A stretch of DNA of 64,000 nucleotides. It comes from Eledone cirrhosa. Its lineage: Eukaryota. The notes beneath the pieces were generated by a model, which saw only the letters and a list, made by a program, of their open reading frames with translations, did not search any database and was not told where the DNA came from. The stretch lies in NCBI GenBank assembly GCA_964016885.1, contig OZ024741.1, positions 185,132,001-185,196,000 on the forward strand. Direction: 5' to 3'. Below are positions 1-13,679 of the stretch, one piece after another. Position numbers and translations under genes: made by a program. Each line of letters begins with the position of its first letter. The first letter of the stretch is position 1.

Positions 1-398
1 AGATACAATGCAATGCCTGTGCCGTGAAGCTTTTATAGTGAGCAAAGGCACTGCACAAAGCCAGTCACACACTCTTAACCAATATGATATTTACCAAAAA
101 GAAGAACAAGTCAACATCATTGGATACCATCAGGGTTGCAGGTGTTATATCAGAGTTTTCCTTCTCCTAGAATTCTGCCTTGACAAAGGCTAAGGGGTCA
201 TCTCTCCCGGTGATTTTGACTCTTAAGAGCTCCTTTTCCCTTTGACAGATTTTGTTTTTGGTCCTGCAGGATGTCCAAAGTCACCCTCCTCACCAAGAAA
301 CCTTGGCGGGGTTGCCAGTTTAGTCGCCAGCGACCCGACCATGAGACAGGTTGTACTGGGATACATGTTTCCAGTAGCACCAACTGGTGACCTGACAT
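1..398 (-). mobile_element. Dispersed non-coding repeat, copy 1 (RTE-5'UTR-like, cut by window edge)
   Basis: Reverse complement aligns by eye to 10497-10910, 15299-15895 and 63164-63693 (gtgctactgg..acatgta.cccagtacaacc...ctaaac..gcaacccc.ccaag...ttggtgaggagggtga). Confidence 0.75.
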
Positions 399-413
399 AA
401 TATATATATATAT

Positions 414-500
<87 letters not shown>

Positions 501-683
501 GTTTTAAATTGTCTTGTTTGACGAACGAATGCGGGCGTTTCTTGTATTTGTCTTATTCGGGAAACCTCTCGTAATGAGGTAATTATATTGTATTGTTTAT
601 TATACATTAAATTTAGCTCTGTAACTTACATAGAGCACTCTTCACTCCTATGACTTTTTCAATTTTCAACGGAAACTTCAATA

Positions 684-741
<58 letters not shown>

Positions 742-880
742 CAAAGATTAATATGGTTCGTTGATTATTCAACGAATACAATTTTACAATAGATTAGAAC
801 CACTCGACAAATAATTTTCCTGGTGTATTTAATATTATTCAAAATATTATTAAATGAAAAATATTCTCATAATCAAAATA

Positions 881-947
881 TATATTTTATTATACATATT
901 TCAAAGGTACAATTGTGTTTAAGTGTATTTTCATCAGATAATATATA
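881..947 (-). ncRNA. Type I hammerhead ribozyme motif
   Basis: Minus strand: stem I, CTGATGA, imperfect stem II, GAAA TATGTA TA, ataaaatata. Confidence 0.6.
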
Positions 948-1013
948 GGATTGGATATGCGACATACCGCTACGCTTTTGATTATTCAATTCCAATAATG
1001 GCAGTCACTATCT

Positions 1014-1080
1014 TATATTTTATCTGATGAAAACGTTCATAAACACCATTGTACCTTTGAAATATGTATAATAAAATATA
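1014..1080 (+). ncRNA. Type I hammerhead ribozyme motif
   Basis: tatattttat CTGATGA(1024-1030) ... GAAA(1059-1062) tatgta TA ataaaatata; 10-bp stem I, near-palindromic stem III, degenerate stem II. Confidence 0.65.
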
Positions 1081-1128
1081 TATTTTGATTATGAGAATAT
1101 TTTTCATTTATTAATATTTTGAATAATA

Positions 1129-1726
1129 TCTATATATATATAAAACTGAGGATATCTGTCTGTGTGTGTGTGAGTTTGAATCACTAAAACTTGAGAACCA
1201 CCCAACCGACGCTTTTCAAACTTTACACATGTTTCTGAGAGTGTTCTGAGCAAAAATAAATTTCAAATTCCCAATGCCCTAGGGACCGCATTAGGTGATT
1301 TAGCGACCTCTCTCTATAATTCTTAGTCTTTCTCTTTTTAAATAGATACATACATATAACGTCGCGCCCTTATAATATCTGTCTGTATGTCTGACTGTCT
1401 GTAGTACGTCACTTCCCTGAGGATGTCTGTCTGTGTGTGTGTGTGAGTTTGAATCCCTAAAACTCGAGAAGTACCCAACATACATTTTTCAAACTTTACA
1501 TGTGTATTACTTATGTTTATTAAAAAAATTCAACTTTGTCATCCCCTAGGTGAAAACCTTCATTTTTCCTGTTTCATCGAGGAAAATCTTAAAGATTATC
1601 CAGCCATCAGAGTATTCGGTTTATTTTCTTTACATATTCTCCACGCATGCAGTTTTCCCACGATTAAGTCTTTTGACGGCCCGCATTCCCAAAAACCTTA
1701 TCCTGTGCAACGCCGGGTACCACTGG
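1129..1726 (+). mobile_element. Non-autonomous Helitron
   Basis: A|TC start (tctatatatatataaaactgag), ctgt/gt microsatellite, internal duplication (1146-1230 vs 1417-1505), subterminal hairpin cctgtgcaacgccggg (1702-1717), CTGG|T end (CTRR). Confidence 0.7.
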
Positions 1727-1742
1727 TAGCATATATATATAT

Positions 1743-1819
<77 letters not shown>

Positions 1820-2146
1820 GATAAATCTACCAAAAGTTTACGGTAGTGTCCAATCCGTATGAAGAACTCAATGTAATCCGGATATCATGGAAAGAAGAGA
1901 TGCATTCAAAAATCACTTTCGGTGAAAGATAAACGGAATACAGGGTCAAGATAAAATATTAAAAAAATAATGAATAAAACAATGAAACAGTTCCTTATAT
2001 TAAACAAAAAAAGTTCATTATTTAACGATCGTTTCTAGGACATATATGTGTTAGAATTGGCATGCATATTCAAAAGATCTATGTACAAAATTATACAAAC
2101 TATCAAAGAGAATATACATACCATCACATATATATGCTGTCTTCAG

Positions 2147-2262
<116 letters not shown>

Positions 2263-2331
2263 TATGAAGAGAGAAGAAACATTTAGATATAATTAGTAAT
2301 AAAATGTATCATACCTAAACTGCTCCTAAAT

Positions 2332-2419
2332 TCCTCGACTACGTAGTTTCGTGGCATAAACAAAAACAATATATCAAAGACATAGAGTCCTTGCGAGGTC
2401 TGCCAACTTATCAAGAGGA
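2332..2419 (-). ncRNA. Type I hammerhead ribozyme, U3-A8 core variant
   Basis: Mirror copy of 2651-2738. Confidence 0.7.
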
Positions 2420-2650
2420 TACCTCATTTTACTAGTCTCAAGAACGCACTCATACTTCTCGCCTTCTTCACTACCTCTTCTACGGCCTCGATATGAATAC
2501 CCCCTCCGCCTCCGTGGTATTTTCTTCGTGGTTATAGGAGGCTTAGCTCTGTTTCTCGACCGTTATATCGCGTGACTATCTCCCCCTCCGTCTTTTGGGA
2601 TTCTTTCTCACGTCGTGTAGACGCGTTCTTGAGACTAGTAAAATGAGGTA

Positions 2651-2738
2651 TCCTCTTGATAAGTTGGCAGACCTCGCAAGGACTCTATGTCTTTGATATA
2701 TTGTTTTTGTTTATGCCACGAAACTACGTAGTCGAGGA
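2651..2738 (+). ncRNA. Type I hammerhead ribozyme, U3-A8 core variant
   Basis: tcctc TTGATAA gttggca...tgccac GAAA ctacgtag TC gagga; palindromic stem III actacgtagt, GUC cleavage triplet. Confidence 0.7.
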
Positions 2739-3262
2739 ATTTAGGAGCAGTTTAGGTATGATACATTTTATTACTAATTATATCTAAATGTTTCTTCTCT
2801 CTTCATAATGTATTTTTAACTCTGATACTGGTTCAGTCTGGTTCAAACTGAATTGGTCTGTCCCAGTCATTCATTGAGCAACATCGGTGAAGTTGGCACC
2901 CTTAACTCACAGTTGGGTGCGGATGCATTCATGTATATATGTGTGCGACAAAATATATATGTGTGCGACAAAATATTTCTCGGAAACTGCAAGAAAGTGT
3001 GTGTGTTCAGCAAACCTTTCCAAGTGTTGAAAGGGTTTACTGAACACGCAAGCCGAAACCGATTGGCGCCGCAGTCGGGATTTATATATCTCTATACCCA
3101 CTCTGCATCTCCCCATACAATGGGTACTCCCATGATTTGTGGTCTCCCGGTCTCAGCAGCGCAGTCTCTATACACACACACACATATATATATATATTTG
3201 TTTGTGCATGTGTGAATCTATGAGTGCGTGTATATCTATATATATATATATACACGCACATT

Positions 3263-3373
<111 letters not shown>

Positions 3374-3391
3374 GCACATTTTTATGTATAT

Positions 3392-3432
<41 letters not shown>

Positions 3433-3460
3433 AATTTGTGTGTGTGTGTCTGTGTGTACT

Positions 3461-3509
<49 letters not shown>

Positions 3510-3744
3510 TTACATATGCATGCATAGATGTGTCTGGGTACAGACACACTTCTCTTTTCCACCCCATAGCCAGCTGGGATAGTCAAAGTTCAAGGTCCCT
3601 GTTGTTATGACGCCTCGTATTTCCTTCCCCTAATTCCTTAACAACCCTTTAATACCCCTTACCCCAACGTCAAAACGAACACAAGCCTCCCACGACCCAC
3701 CCTCTCCCGGACCATCCCTGTTACTGCCTGCTCGGCATACGACG

Positions 3745-4368
3745 ACGATTACCACGACCATCACCACATCCACCACCACCACATCCACCACCACCACATC
3801 CACCACCACCACATCCATAATCACCACAGCCACCACCACATCAACCACCACCACCACATCCACCTACCACCTCCACATCCACCTACCACCACCACATCCA
3901 CCATCCCCACCATAGCCACCATCAACACACCACTACCACCAATATCAACACCACCTCATGCACCATCACCACCACCACTTCCACCACCACCACCACTTCC
4001 ACCATCAACACCACCACCACCACCAATATCAACACTACCTCACCCACCATCACCACCACTTCCACCACCACCACCACATCCACCATCAACACCACCATCA
4101 ACACCACCACCACCACCAATATCAACACCACCTCACCCACCACCACCACCACATCCACCACCACCACCACATCCACCACTTCCACCACCACCACCACCAC
4201 AACCACCATCAACACCACCACCACCACCACCACCAATATCAACACCACCTCACCCACCACCACCACATCCACCACACCACCATCACATCCACCACCACCA
4301 CCACTTCCACCACCAACACCACACTCCACCATCAACACCACCACCACCAATATCAACACCACCTCTAC
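3745..4368. repeat. (CAC/CAT)-rich low-complexity tandem repeat
   Basis: Degenerate caccac arrays with recurring caccaatatcaacaccacctc subunit. Confidence 0.9.
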
Positions 4369-4768
4369 CAATTCCCTATTTCCTCATTTGCTCTTCTAAA
4401 TAGGACGATCTTGTTCTGGTTCATAAAGGATTGTTACTTGAAATTGTCGTTTTTGTTGTTGTTCTCGTTTTGTTTTTTGTTGTTGCTATGATTGTTGTTG
4501 TAGTAATAACCTCTATTTTGTTTTATTATTTCTGGCACCATTCCAGTAGAGCATTTTATTTTATTTATGTGCATGTATGTATGTGATGTGTGTGTGTGTA
4601 TGTACGTGTGTGTATGTGTGTGTGGGTGTGGGTGTGAGTGTGTATATGTGTGTGTGTGTGTAAGTGTGAGTGTGTATGTGAGTGTGTGTCTTCATATAAG
4701 TGCGTCTTTGCTTCTATGTGAGTGTGTCAGTATATATATGCGAGTGTGTATGTATGGGTGAAAGTCTT

Positions 4769-4806
<38 letters not shown>

Positions 4807-4873
4807 TATCAGTGAAGATATATACGAGTATTTATGTATATCTGCATACATACATACATTTATGTATATAAAT

Positions 4874-4914
<41 letters not shown>

Positions 4915-5186
4915 TACATACTTACATACATACTTATATATATATATATATATATATTTATACACATGCGTGTGTTTGAGGAAGTATATGTATGTATGTA
5001 CGTACGTATGTATTTATGAATGTATGTGAATGTATGTGTATGTATGTATGTGTATATGTATATATGTATGTATATATATGTATTTATGTATGTATGTACA
5101 TATGTATACATTTGTCTTGCTTTGCTCTTTTCACTTCCTATTTTACACAGATCTCTTTTCTATAACACGACTCCCTTTTCCATCGT

Positions 5187-5187
5187 T

Positions 5188-5226
<39 letters not shown>

Positions 5227-5499
5227 GTCATGATCATGATCATCACCATCAACACATCACCGTCATCGTCTTCACCGTCATCATCGTCCTTATCTTTATA
5301 ACCATCATCAAGAACATCATCAGCAGCATAAGCAACATTACACACTGATCTTTGTTCACTTAACACTCACATAAACGCAAGGACACACAGACGCATGGAT
5401 GTATTCACATACACACACACACACACACAGACACACACACACATACACAGACACACGCACATCTGCAAACGTTACATCGGTTTGTTTTTCATAGTAAAG

Positions 5500-5530
<31 letters not shown>

Positions 5531-5640
5531 AGGGGATATAACAGACTGGTTACTGCTGCTGCTGCTGCTGCTGCTGTTGCTTCTATTTTCTATCTTTCCT
5601 CCTCCACCTCCTCCACCTCCTCCGCCTCCACCCCATCATC

Positions 5641-5674
<34 letters not shown>

Positions 5675-5793
5675 TCATCATCATGGTCATCGTCATCATC
5701 ATCATCCTCAAACACAATCGTTATCATCACCACCACCACCACCAGTACCAACGCTACCACAACCACCACCACGACCACCACGACCACCACCAA

Positions 5794-5837
<44 letters not shown>

Positions 5838-5910
5838 CCATCATCTTATTTTCGTTCATCGGTTCACCATTACCAGCACCAATACACACACACACACACA
5901 CACACACACC
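5187..5910. repeat. Compound microsatellite cluster (ATG, CAT, CA, GTT, GCT, CCT, CAC)
   Basis: Directly visible triplet and dinucleotide runs. Confidence 0.9.
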
Positions 5911-6193
5911 AATTGTTAATTGTATTAACACGAGAGCTAATTATATTAAAATTAGTACGTCCATTTCACAAGGCTATTATGAGTAAATAGATGCATAAGT
6001 CCATAAAAAAAAAAAAAATGGTTCCTTATGGTTGTTTAAATGATATACACACCTTCGGATGAAGACACTACCAGTTGCAAAAATCGATTAATGTCATTAT
6101 CATATTTTTTTAATTTACAGAGACATGCGTATATCTGGAATGACTGTGGTGTGTCAACATCTTAAAACTCTGTATATTTGTATATACATTGGC

Positions 6194-6727
6194 GCAGTCT
6201 CTGTTACCCACTCTGTATATATACTGATCTAAATTTATCATACAATTCGGCTGCTTGACGCACTGCTTAGCGTGAAGCCAATAAGTGTATGTACGTTTGA
6301 CTCTTGCGTTTGTTTGTCCTCTGCTTCGTGCAGTCTCTGTTACCCACTCTGTATATATACTGATCTAATTTTATCATACAATTCGGCTGCTTGACGCACT
6401 GCTTAGCGTGAAGCCAATAAATGTATGTACGTTTGACTCTTGCGTTTGTTTGTCCTCTGCTTCGTGCAGTCTCTGTTACCCACTCTGTATATATACTGAT
6501 CTAATTTTATCATACAATTCGGCTGCTTGACGCACTGCTTAGCGTGAAGCCAATAAATGTATGTACGTTTGACTCTTGCGTTTGTTTGTCCTCTGCTTCG
6601 TGCAGTCTCTGTTACCCACTCTGTATATATACTGATCTAATTTTATCATACAATTTGGCTGCTTGACGCACTGCTTAGCGTGAAGCCAATAAATTTATGT
6701 ACGTTTGTTTGTCCTTTGCTTCGTGCA
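6194..6727. repeat. 136-bp tandem repeat, ~4 copies
   Basis: Unit gcagtctctgttacccactc... starts at 6194, 6330, 6466 and 6602; near-identical; last copy has a short deletion. Confidence 0.95.
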
Positions 6728-7079
6728 AAGCTCCAAATATTGTTTCTTTCGTGGATGCCGGCCGAGCGCCGTAACTTCCATTTTACTAACTTCCACTCTT
6801 ATTATTCTCTCCTAGCTTTAATAATTAATTAATTAATTTAATTAGTTGATTCTATTGATTGATTAATTATTTGTTTTTTTTTAATAACCTGGTTAAGAGC
6901 TTGAAATTCGGTAGCTGTTGAACGGAGTCAATTCCTTTTTCACACTTTGAATTTGCCCGCCAAAAACCCGCATGTGTTTCTTCCGGCTGAGGTTGAAGGA
7001 ACAGAATAGCGGTCGCCCTCGGGTCCTCGATTTTCAGCCCCATGGATTTTATCTATTACATTCACGTATTATATTTCGA

Positions 7080-7137
7080 ATACCTGATGATATCACCGGA
7101 TTCATACGGAACCCGGTCATTGAAATGATCATAGTAT
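7080..7137 (+). ncRNA. Type I hammerhead ribozyme motif (family B)
   Basis: atac CTGATGA ..accgg..ccggt.. GAAA tgatca TA gtat; palindromic stem III atgatcat; homolog at 58788-58845. Confidence 0.7.
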
Positions 7138-7328
7138 AATAAACCTTTCAAGGATTTACACAAATCCAGCCTCCTGTCATTTCATTATAATATTTAACTC
7201 CGTAATAGCACCACCAACTACAAAAACAAAGACGGTTGAACTGCTTTACGTTGAGTACTCTCTATATTATTGCATTACGATTGACCATACGGAATAGATC
7301 AGCTCTATACAGTGGTGAACCTCAAACC

Positions 7329-7422
<94 letters not shown>

Positions 7423-7631
7423 GGATAACAAATTATCGTTATAGGTAATCCAGTTGGAGGTTGTGAGTGCTCTGCGTTGTGGATAGTTTTAACGTACGAC
7501 TTTTTTTGACTCAACAAGATGCTTCCATAGTTATGCAGCGAGCTCGCGGTAATTTTTATGCAGGTTATACTTGGAGTAATAATAGTTAAAGAATGAAGAT
7601 TAACATGGTTGGCTGTACAATAATTTTCTAC

Positions 7632-7742
7632 GTACTCTGATGAGTTGACCACAGGTGAATAATGTATTGGAGATCGAATAACGCAACCTCAAGCGATTAG
7701 CGAAATCTAGACCCACATGATCAACGAAACAATTGTCAGTAC
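7632..7742 (+). ncRNA. Type I hammerhead ribozyme with long loop II
   Basis: gtact CTGATGA gttga...tcaac GAAA caattg TC agtac; palindromic stem III acaattgt; enclosed by inverted repeats 7582-7623 and 7757-7798. Confidence 0.8.
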
Positions 7743-7810
7743 TTTAAATAAAGCCCTTATTGTACAGCCAACTATGTTAATCTTCATTCTTTAACTATAT
7801 ATATGTATAT

Positions 7811-7996
7811 ATATTTAATATAAAAATGGCTTCTACAGGACTAGAACTGTTTCATTCGGGAGAGATCATCGATGATTTCTCCCGAATAAAACAGTTCTAG
7901 TCCTATAGAAGCCATTTCTATATTAAATATTTAAACCCTACTATGTATTGAGTACCTTACTTACTGTGGTTACCCCTTATTGAACCCGGGATAAAC

Positions 7997-7998
<2 letters not shown>
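7811..7998. mobile_element. Palindromic pLTR-like fragment folded back inside the HHR core (family C)
   Basis: 120-bp near-perfect palindrome 7811-7930 centred on tcatc|gatga, plus tail to 7998; related complete HHR at 31704-31750. Confidence 0.7.
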
Positions 7999-8033
<35 letters not shown>

Positions 8034-8034
<1 letters not shown>

Positions 8035-9950
8035 TATTTTACTCTTTTACCTGATCTAGCCATCCGGCTGAGGCCATGCTGGGACACCGCCCTTGTTGCT
8101 ACATATTTTATCTCCAGCCTGTATTAGTTGGCCACTGGTGAAAGAGGGAGTTCGTTGCTGCTGCCCTTAGTTTTCCCTCGTGCCTTGCTACGGGCTCATC
8201 CGGGATCCTGGATAGCACGGTGTCGAGATGTTTCTTGAAGACATCCACCTCGTCACCATGCAGATCTCTCAGATCCCTCGGCAGATTGTTGGAGAGTTAA
8301 GGGCCCTTGAACACCAGGCTATTGCAATATCTGTTCCTTTTATTCTAGATGTGGAAGACGGACCTTTGGCACCACACAGTGACGTCCTGTTCGACGGTTG
8401 GTCCAGCTCCCAATGCCAAAGTTTGGTGCTAGTCCCTCCAGGATTTTCCACATGTAGATCACTGCGTATCTCTCCCGTCTTCGTTCCAAGGAGTAAAGGT
8501 TCAGTTCTTTTAGCCTCTCCCAATAGCTTGTCTCCTTCATCGTCGCAATCCTCTTGGTGTAGCTTCGCTGGATTTCCTCAAGCTTCGTGGTTCGTTTGAT
8601 ACTATCGGGTGACCACTACTGGGAGCAATAGTCCAGGAGGCTTAGGACAAATGTCCTCCATAGTTTCAAGATGGTGTCTCGGTCACTTGTCCGGAAAGTC
8701 CTCAAGACCCAACCATGAGTCGTCTGCACATTGTCGCCACTTTCATGATGTGTGAGGAAAAAGATGTATCATCATTCATGTCTATACCCAGGTCTCGTCT
8801 CGATTTTGACACGGGGATATCGGTCCCTACCACTGTTGTACTGTATTTGTGTTTGCAGGTTTGTATTGTAGGGCTTGGAATTTTCTCGCATTAAACTGCA
8901 TGTTGTTGCCTTCCGCCTATTTGTATATGGCATCCAGATCTTGTTGTAAAAGGGCAGCGGCAGCCGGGCTTTTGATTGCTTATGCTACCTTAGTGTCATC
9001 AATGTTGTATGTACTACAGAGGGCATGTCTGAGAGAGCCACCAAAAACAGCAGTGGTTCAAGTACTGTGCCTTGTGGCACCCCACTTGTTATTGATGTTT
9101 CCTTTGAGAGGGCCCCGTTTGCTGCGACTGTCTGGCTTCTCTCCTTTAAGAAGTCGTGCAACCACTCACCTACTTTTCCAGTTATGCTGAGTCCGTGTAG
9201 TTTCTGACATATCATTCCGTGGTCCACCTTGTCAAAGGACTTCGCAAAGTCAAGATATATCACGTCCATATGTGAGCTGTCTAGCAGTTGTTTCAGTACC
9301 CAGTCGTAGTGATGTAGCAGCTGTGTAAGGCAGCTTCTTCCTGGGCGAAATCCATGCTGCGTGCTAGTCAGGCGGTGATTTTCCTTGAGAAAGTGTTCAG
9401 TTTCTTTCTGAAGTCTCGCTCCATGACCTTACAGATATGTGACGTCAGGGAGAGTAGCATATAGTTTTTGGCCTCCGCTCTGCTACCTCCTTTATGGATA
9501 TGGCATATTGTGCCTTCTTTCAACTCCCTGTGTAGCATACAGCTAACCAAGGAGCTTCTGAAGAGCGTCTTCAGTGGAGTTGCTAAGGCCCGCTTACATG
9601 TTTTTAAGAGGACTGCTGGGAATCCATCTGGTCCAGCAGCTGAGTCTGTTCGATATGCGACGGCCGGCCGATATGTGACACATATTACTGTCTTTAGTTG
9701 TTTTATATGTACTATCCGTGTGTCACAGAATGAGTTTGAATGTGACAACAGTACAATTGGTTTGACATCTTCACGGATATACAGAGCAACACCACCATGA
9801 GTTCTCTCCTTTTTGTCGGAACGAAAAACAGTATATTTCGGTATATGTATTTCTGCATCTACTATACTGCTTGTCAGGTGCGTCGTTTCGGTTAGTGCCA
9901 TGCATAATGCTTCACTGCTTATGGTTAAGTCTCCCAGGTAGGAAATTTTA

Positions 9951-9951
<1 letters not shown>
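8034..9951 (-). mobile_element. CR1-group LINE, degenerate and internally deleted
   Basis: APE motifs (ALTET..., FRSD..HGGVALYI) fused to RT (AGPDG, DVIYLDFAKSFDKVDH, SGVPQGTVL, SYWERLKELNLYSLERRR); 3' tail ending gtaaaagagtaaaa. Confidence 0.9.
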
Positions 9952-10015
<64 letters not shown>

Positions 10016-10408
10016 CTTTTTTAGTGGAACACTTAACATTTTTTTTTTTAAATAAAATATATACATATTTAAACACACACATACATATATATATATAGAG
10101 AAAATTGTTAACGCAATTATTAAATCAATTGTTAGCGGAAGAAGAACGTACATAAGAACATACAAAACAATACCTCAGAATGCCCTCACCCTAAAGTAGA
10201 GTACTGAACATGGTTAAGGCTAATTACATACCATAATATCTCGCGGACTAATTATAGCTTCTGTGAATATAGACTGATCACATATATGCAGCTGCAACTG
10301 TATTTCACATTGGTTACACCGAGCAGATAATGCATAACCACACACCCGATTAAAACCCAGGACTAATATATATATATATAATATATATCAATATATATAT
10401 ATATATAC

Positions 10409-10495
<87 letters not shown>

Positions 10496-10496
10496 T

Positions 10497-10910
10497 TGTC
10501 TCAGGTCACTCTCGAGTGCTACTGGTAACATGTAACCCAGTACAACCTATCTCATGGTCGAGTCATCGGCGACTAAACCAGCAACCCCACCAAGCTTGCT
10601 TGATGAGGAGGGTGATATTTGGATACTCTGCGGGATGAAATACAAATCTGGAGAAGGACTGAGAAACCCACCAAAGTCAACGCCATCCAAATAGTACTTT
10701 TTTTTTTTACCTGGGAGTGAAAGGCCTCCAGTCGTCACAACACCTTTCTAAGAGAGGGAAACTCTGAAAAAAAACCTGCGGCTTCGGAAACATCCAATGA
10801 TGTTGACCAGTTCTCCATTTCGGGTAGTGTTTTTGATGCTCAGAGAAGGGATTGGTCGAGTGCAAGGCCTTTCACCACTTAAAAAACCTTCAAAGCACAG
10901 GCATTGTTTA
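10497..10910 (+). mobile_element. Dispersed non-coding repeat, copy 2
   Basis: Similar to 15299-15895; starts right after (TA)n. Confidence 0.75.
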
Positions 10911-11005
10911 TTCAGGATCTGTTACTGGCTGTAGCCTTAAAGATACACCATTTTCTGTAATCTCACAAGTGATTGCAATACTCTTAGCAGAGTTTGCAGC
11001 CCCCA

Positions 11006-11157
<152 letters not shown>

Positions 11158-11563
11158 TTTTAGTATAACTTCCTGATTAGGACAATCCCATCTTTTGCAT
11201 GAACTTCTTTTGACGTATTTTTAGAGAAGCATCAATAGAAATGTAGTCATTTTCATCATAATTCGAATTTAGTTATAAACAATTAGAATATAAATGTTTT
11301 TAGTGAAGTGTTAGTATGGATTTTTATGAATAGTGTATGTTATATCTGTATTCAGATAAACATTATTTTCGTGTAGTTTTTGTTTGTGCTGCGTCATATA
11401 TTGCAAAAGATAATTGTTATAAATGTATGGGCAGCTGCGATAACCTGACATACTTCTATAATTTAGCAGTTGGATTCACGAAGTTCATAATGAATGCATT
11501 CATATTTATATACATACATATATGCCTGTTTGTGGTTTACATCCCCCCCCCTCACCCCCACCC

Positions 11564-11611
<48 letters not shown>

Positions 11612-11612
<1 letters not shown>

Positions 11613-13679
11613 CGACCAGTACAATGAGGATGAATCATTAGCAGAAATAGAAGCAACTACACCCCATCAAAAAATAGAAATAAAATCCTGGACGAATTCT
11701 GTGAACACATCACAAACTTCCCTTACCAACACTTGCACAGACAAAAACACAACCCAAACCTCAACAAAAAAGAATGGGAAGAATGAAATAGATTAAAAAC
11801 CGACAGAATATTACAATTAAAAAGGCTGATAAACGGAGTGCAGTAGTTCTAATGGAGACAGAATTCTATATCAACTTAGCGCTCTCCACTTTGGAAAACG
11901 AAACATACAGAAACTTATAAATCAACAGAAAATTATGAGAAACCTAAAAACTCTGATCAACCCATACAAAGAAGGACTCACTAACAAGGAATTCAGCTTC
12001 ATCACAGACTTCGCAAGTAAACCCAGCCATTTCTACGGTATCCCTAAAGTACATAAAAGCGAATTAATAAGTAAGGCATGCAAGGAAGCCACAGGCTTTG
12101 TCATCAATGTCCCTCACTTAATGATCTCAAATTAAGGCCTATAATAGCAGGCCCCGCTTGCGAAACCCACGGTATTAACACCTTCATTGATACCCTTCTC
12201 AAGCCTTTTCTCAAACACATTAAAAGCTGCATAAGGGACGACCTAGATATGCTCAACCACCTCCCTAATATACCCCTTACTGAACAAACCCTGCTAGTGA
12301 CGTTCGATGTAGTTAACCTATACTCCAACATCCCCCACAACCTAGGAATTCTGGCTGGATATTTACCCCCAATGAACTCCCACAACGCATCAAAAAAGAA
12401 TTCGTGATAGAAGGACTCAGATTTGTCTTGGAGAATAATTACTTCGTTTTCAATAACAAATTCTACAGGCAGAAATCTGGGACCGCTATGGGAACGAAAA
12501 CGGCCCCACTTATGCCAACCTAGTCATGCGATACCTGGAAATCACCCTCTACACTAAAGTACTAAACAAATTTGGAAACACTCTCTACGTACATATACAA
12601 AAAGAACTGGAAGAGATATCTAGATGACTGCTTCATCCTTTGACACGAAAACATCAAGAAACTTAAAGAATGTCACACCCTTATAAATGGGCTCAATACG
12701 AATATTAATTTTGCAATGGAATACAGCCATCAACCACTCCCCTTCCTCGACATGCTCATTAAGATTCATAACAAAAAAATAGAAACAGACATATACTACG
12801 AGCCCACAGACTCCAAGCAATATCTTCCTTTCAATTCATGCCACCCTAGACACGTTAAAATAAATATTCTCTACAACTTAGCCAAAAGAATCTGTACTAT
12901 AATTTCCAATAAAAACACCTGTTAGAAACGTCTACAAGAACTAAAGGACACACTCATAAGCAGGGACTACCTTGCATCACTAGTTGACAATGGAATCCAA
13001 CATGCCCTAAAACTCAGTACCCAGGACCTTAGACACCCTAAAATTAACCAACCGAAACTAAAAGCTCTTCCTTACATCTCCACACAAAACCCTCTCAACA
13101 ATGAGGCCATTGACACCATCCTCAAGAACATCCCTGTATTAAAAAAAGGACCATAGAATGAACCAAATCCTACGAACACATGATATCATAAAGAGCAAAA
13201 GACAATCTAAGTCAATGAAAAACATCCTAACACATGCCAAAGTACTGCCAACCACAACAACGAAACACATAGTAAAAAAATGCGATGGACCCAACTGTGG
13301 CATATGCATCAACCTAATAGAGGGTTCGGAATTATATTTCAAAGAAGGACAACGTTTTATAGTAAAACACAATTTCACATGCGCATTAGAACATCTAATA
13401 TATGTATTAACTTGCTCAGGTTGCCGAGAACAATACTTAGGCCAGACCCAAAACAGCCTCCGCCAACGCAGAACTGTCCATAGATCCCAAATCAAAATAC
13501 GGGAATACAGAAAAATACCACTGAGTGAACACATTGATACCTGTGACGCCCAAAATCATCCCAACTTTAGAATTTTTCCCATCTACAAATTTAAAGATAA
13601 TGCCACCCACACCCAGCGCATCAGCAAGGAATCTCACTTTATTAACAAATACAGACCCCGTCTAAACACTTCTCCCTAA
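11612..13679 (+). mobile_element. Penelope-like retroelement (Neptune-like), frameshifted
   Basis: IKKADK motif, FYGIPKVHK, LRPIIAG, LVTFDVVNLYSNIP, GTAMG (~12480), YLDD (12617-12628), LPFLD, SCHP, then a Cys linker and GIY-YIG. Confidence 0.92.
13158..13679 (+). pseudogene. PLE C-terminal Cys linker plus GIY-YIG endonuclease
   Basis: KKCDGPNCGIC ... LIYVLTCSGCREQYLGQT..LRQRRTVH...SEH ... E..FI..Y.P.LN. Confidence 0.88.

Larger units (their letters stand above)
739..1129. mobile_element. Fold-back solo-pLTR-like element (family A) with two outward-facing HHRs
   Basis: Inverted arms ~832-947 and ~1014-1129, extra tail 739-831, (TA)n on the left; same family at 16037, 31316 and 47723. Confidence 0.75.

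Noticed and set aside
2024-2146. Minus-strand HHR (CTGAAGA ... GAAACGATCGTT)
   Set aside because: Palindromic stem III is present but stems I and II cannot be paired convincingly; at best a decayed relic.
3922-5990. His-rich, Val-rich and Pro/Ser-rich ORFs
   Set aside because: Triplet-repeat low complexity open on both strands, with no exon context.
12641-12644. In-frame TGA in PLE RT as selenocysteine recoding
   Set aside because: Falls at a position typically Trp (FILW); the copy has other stops and frameshifts, so simple decay is more likely.
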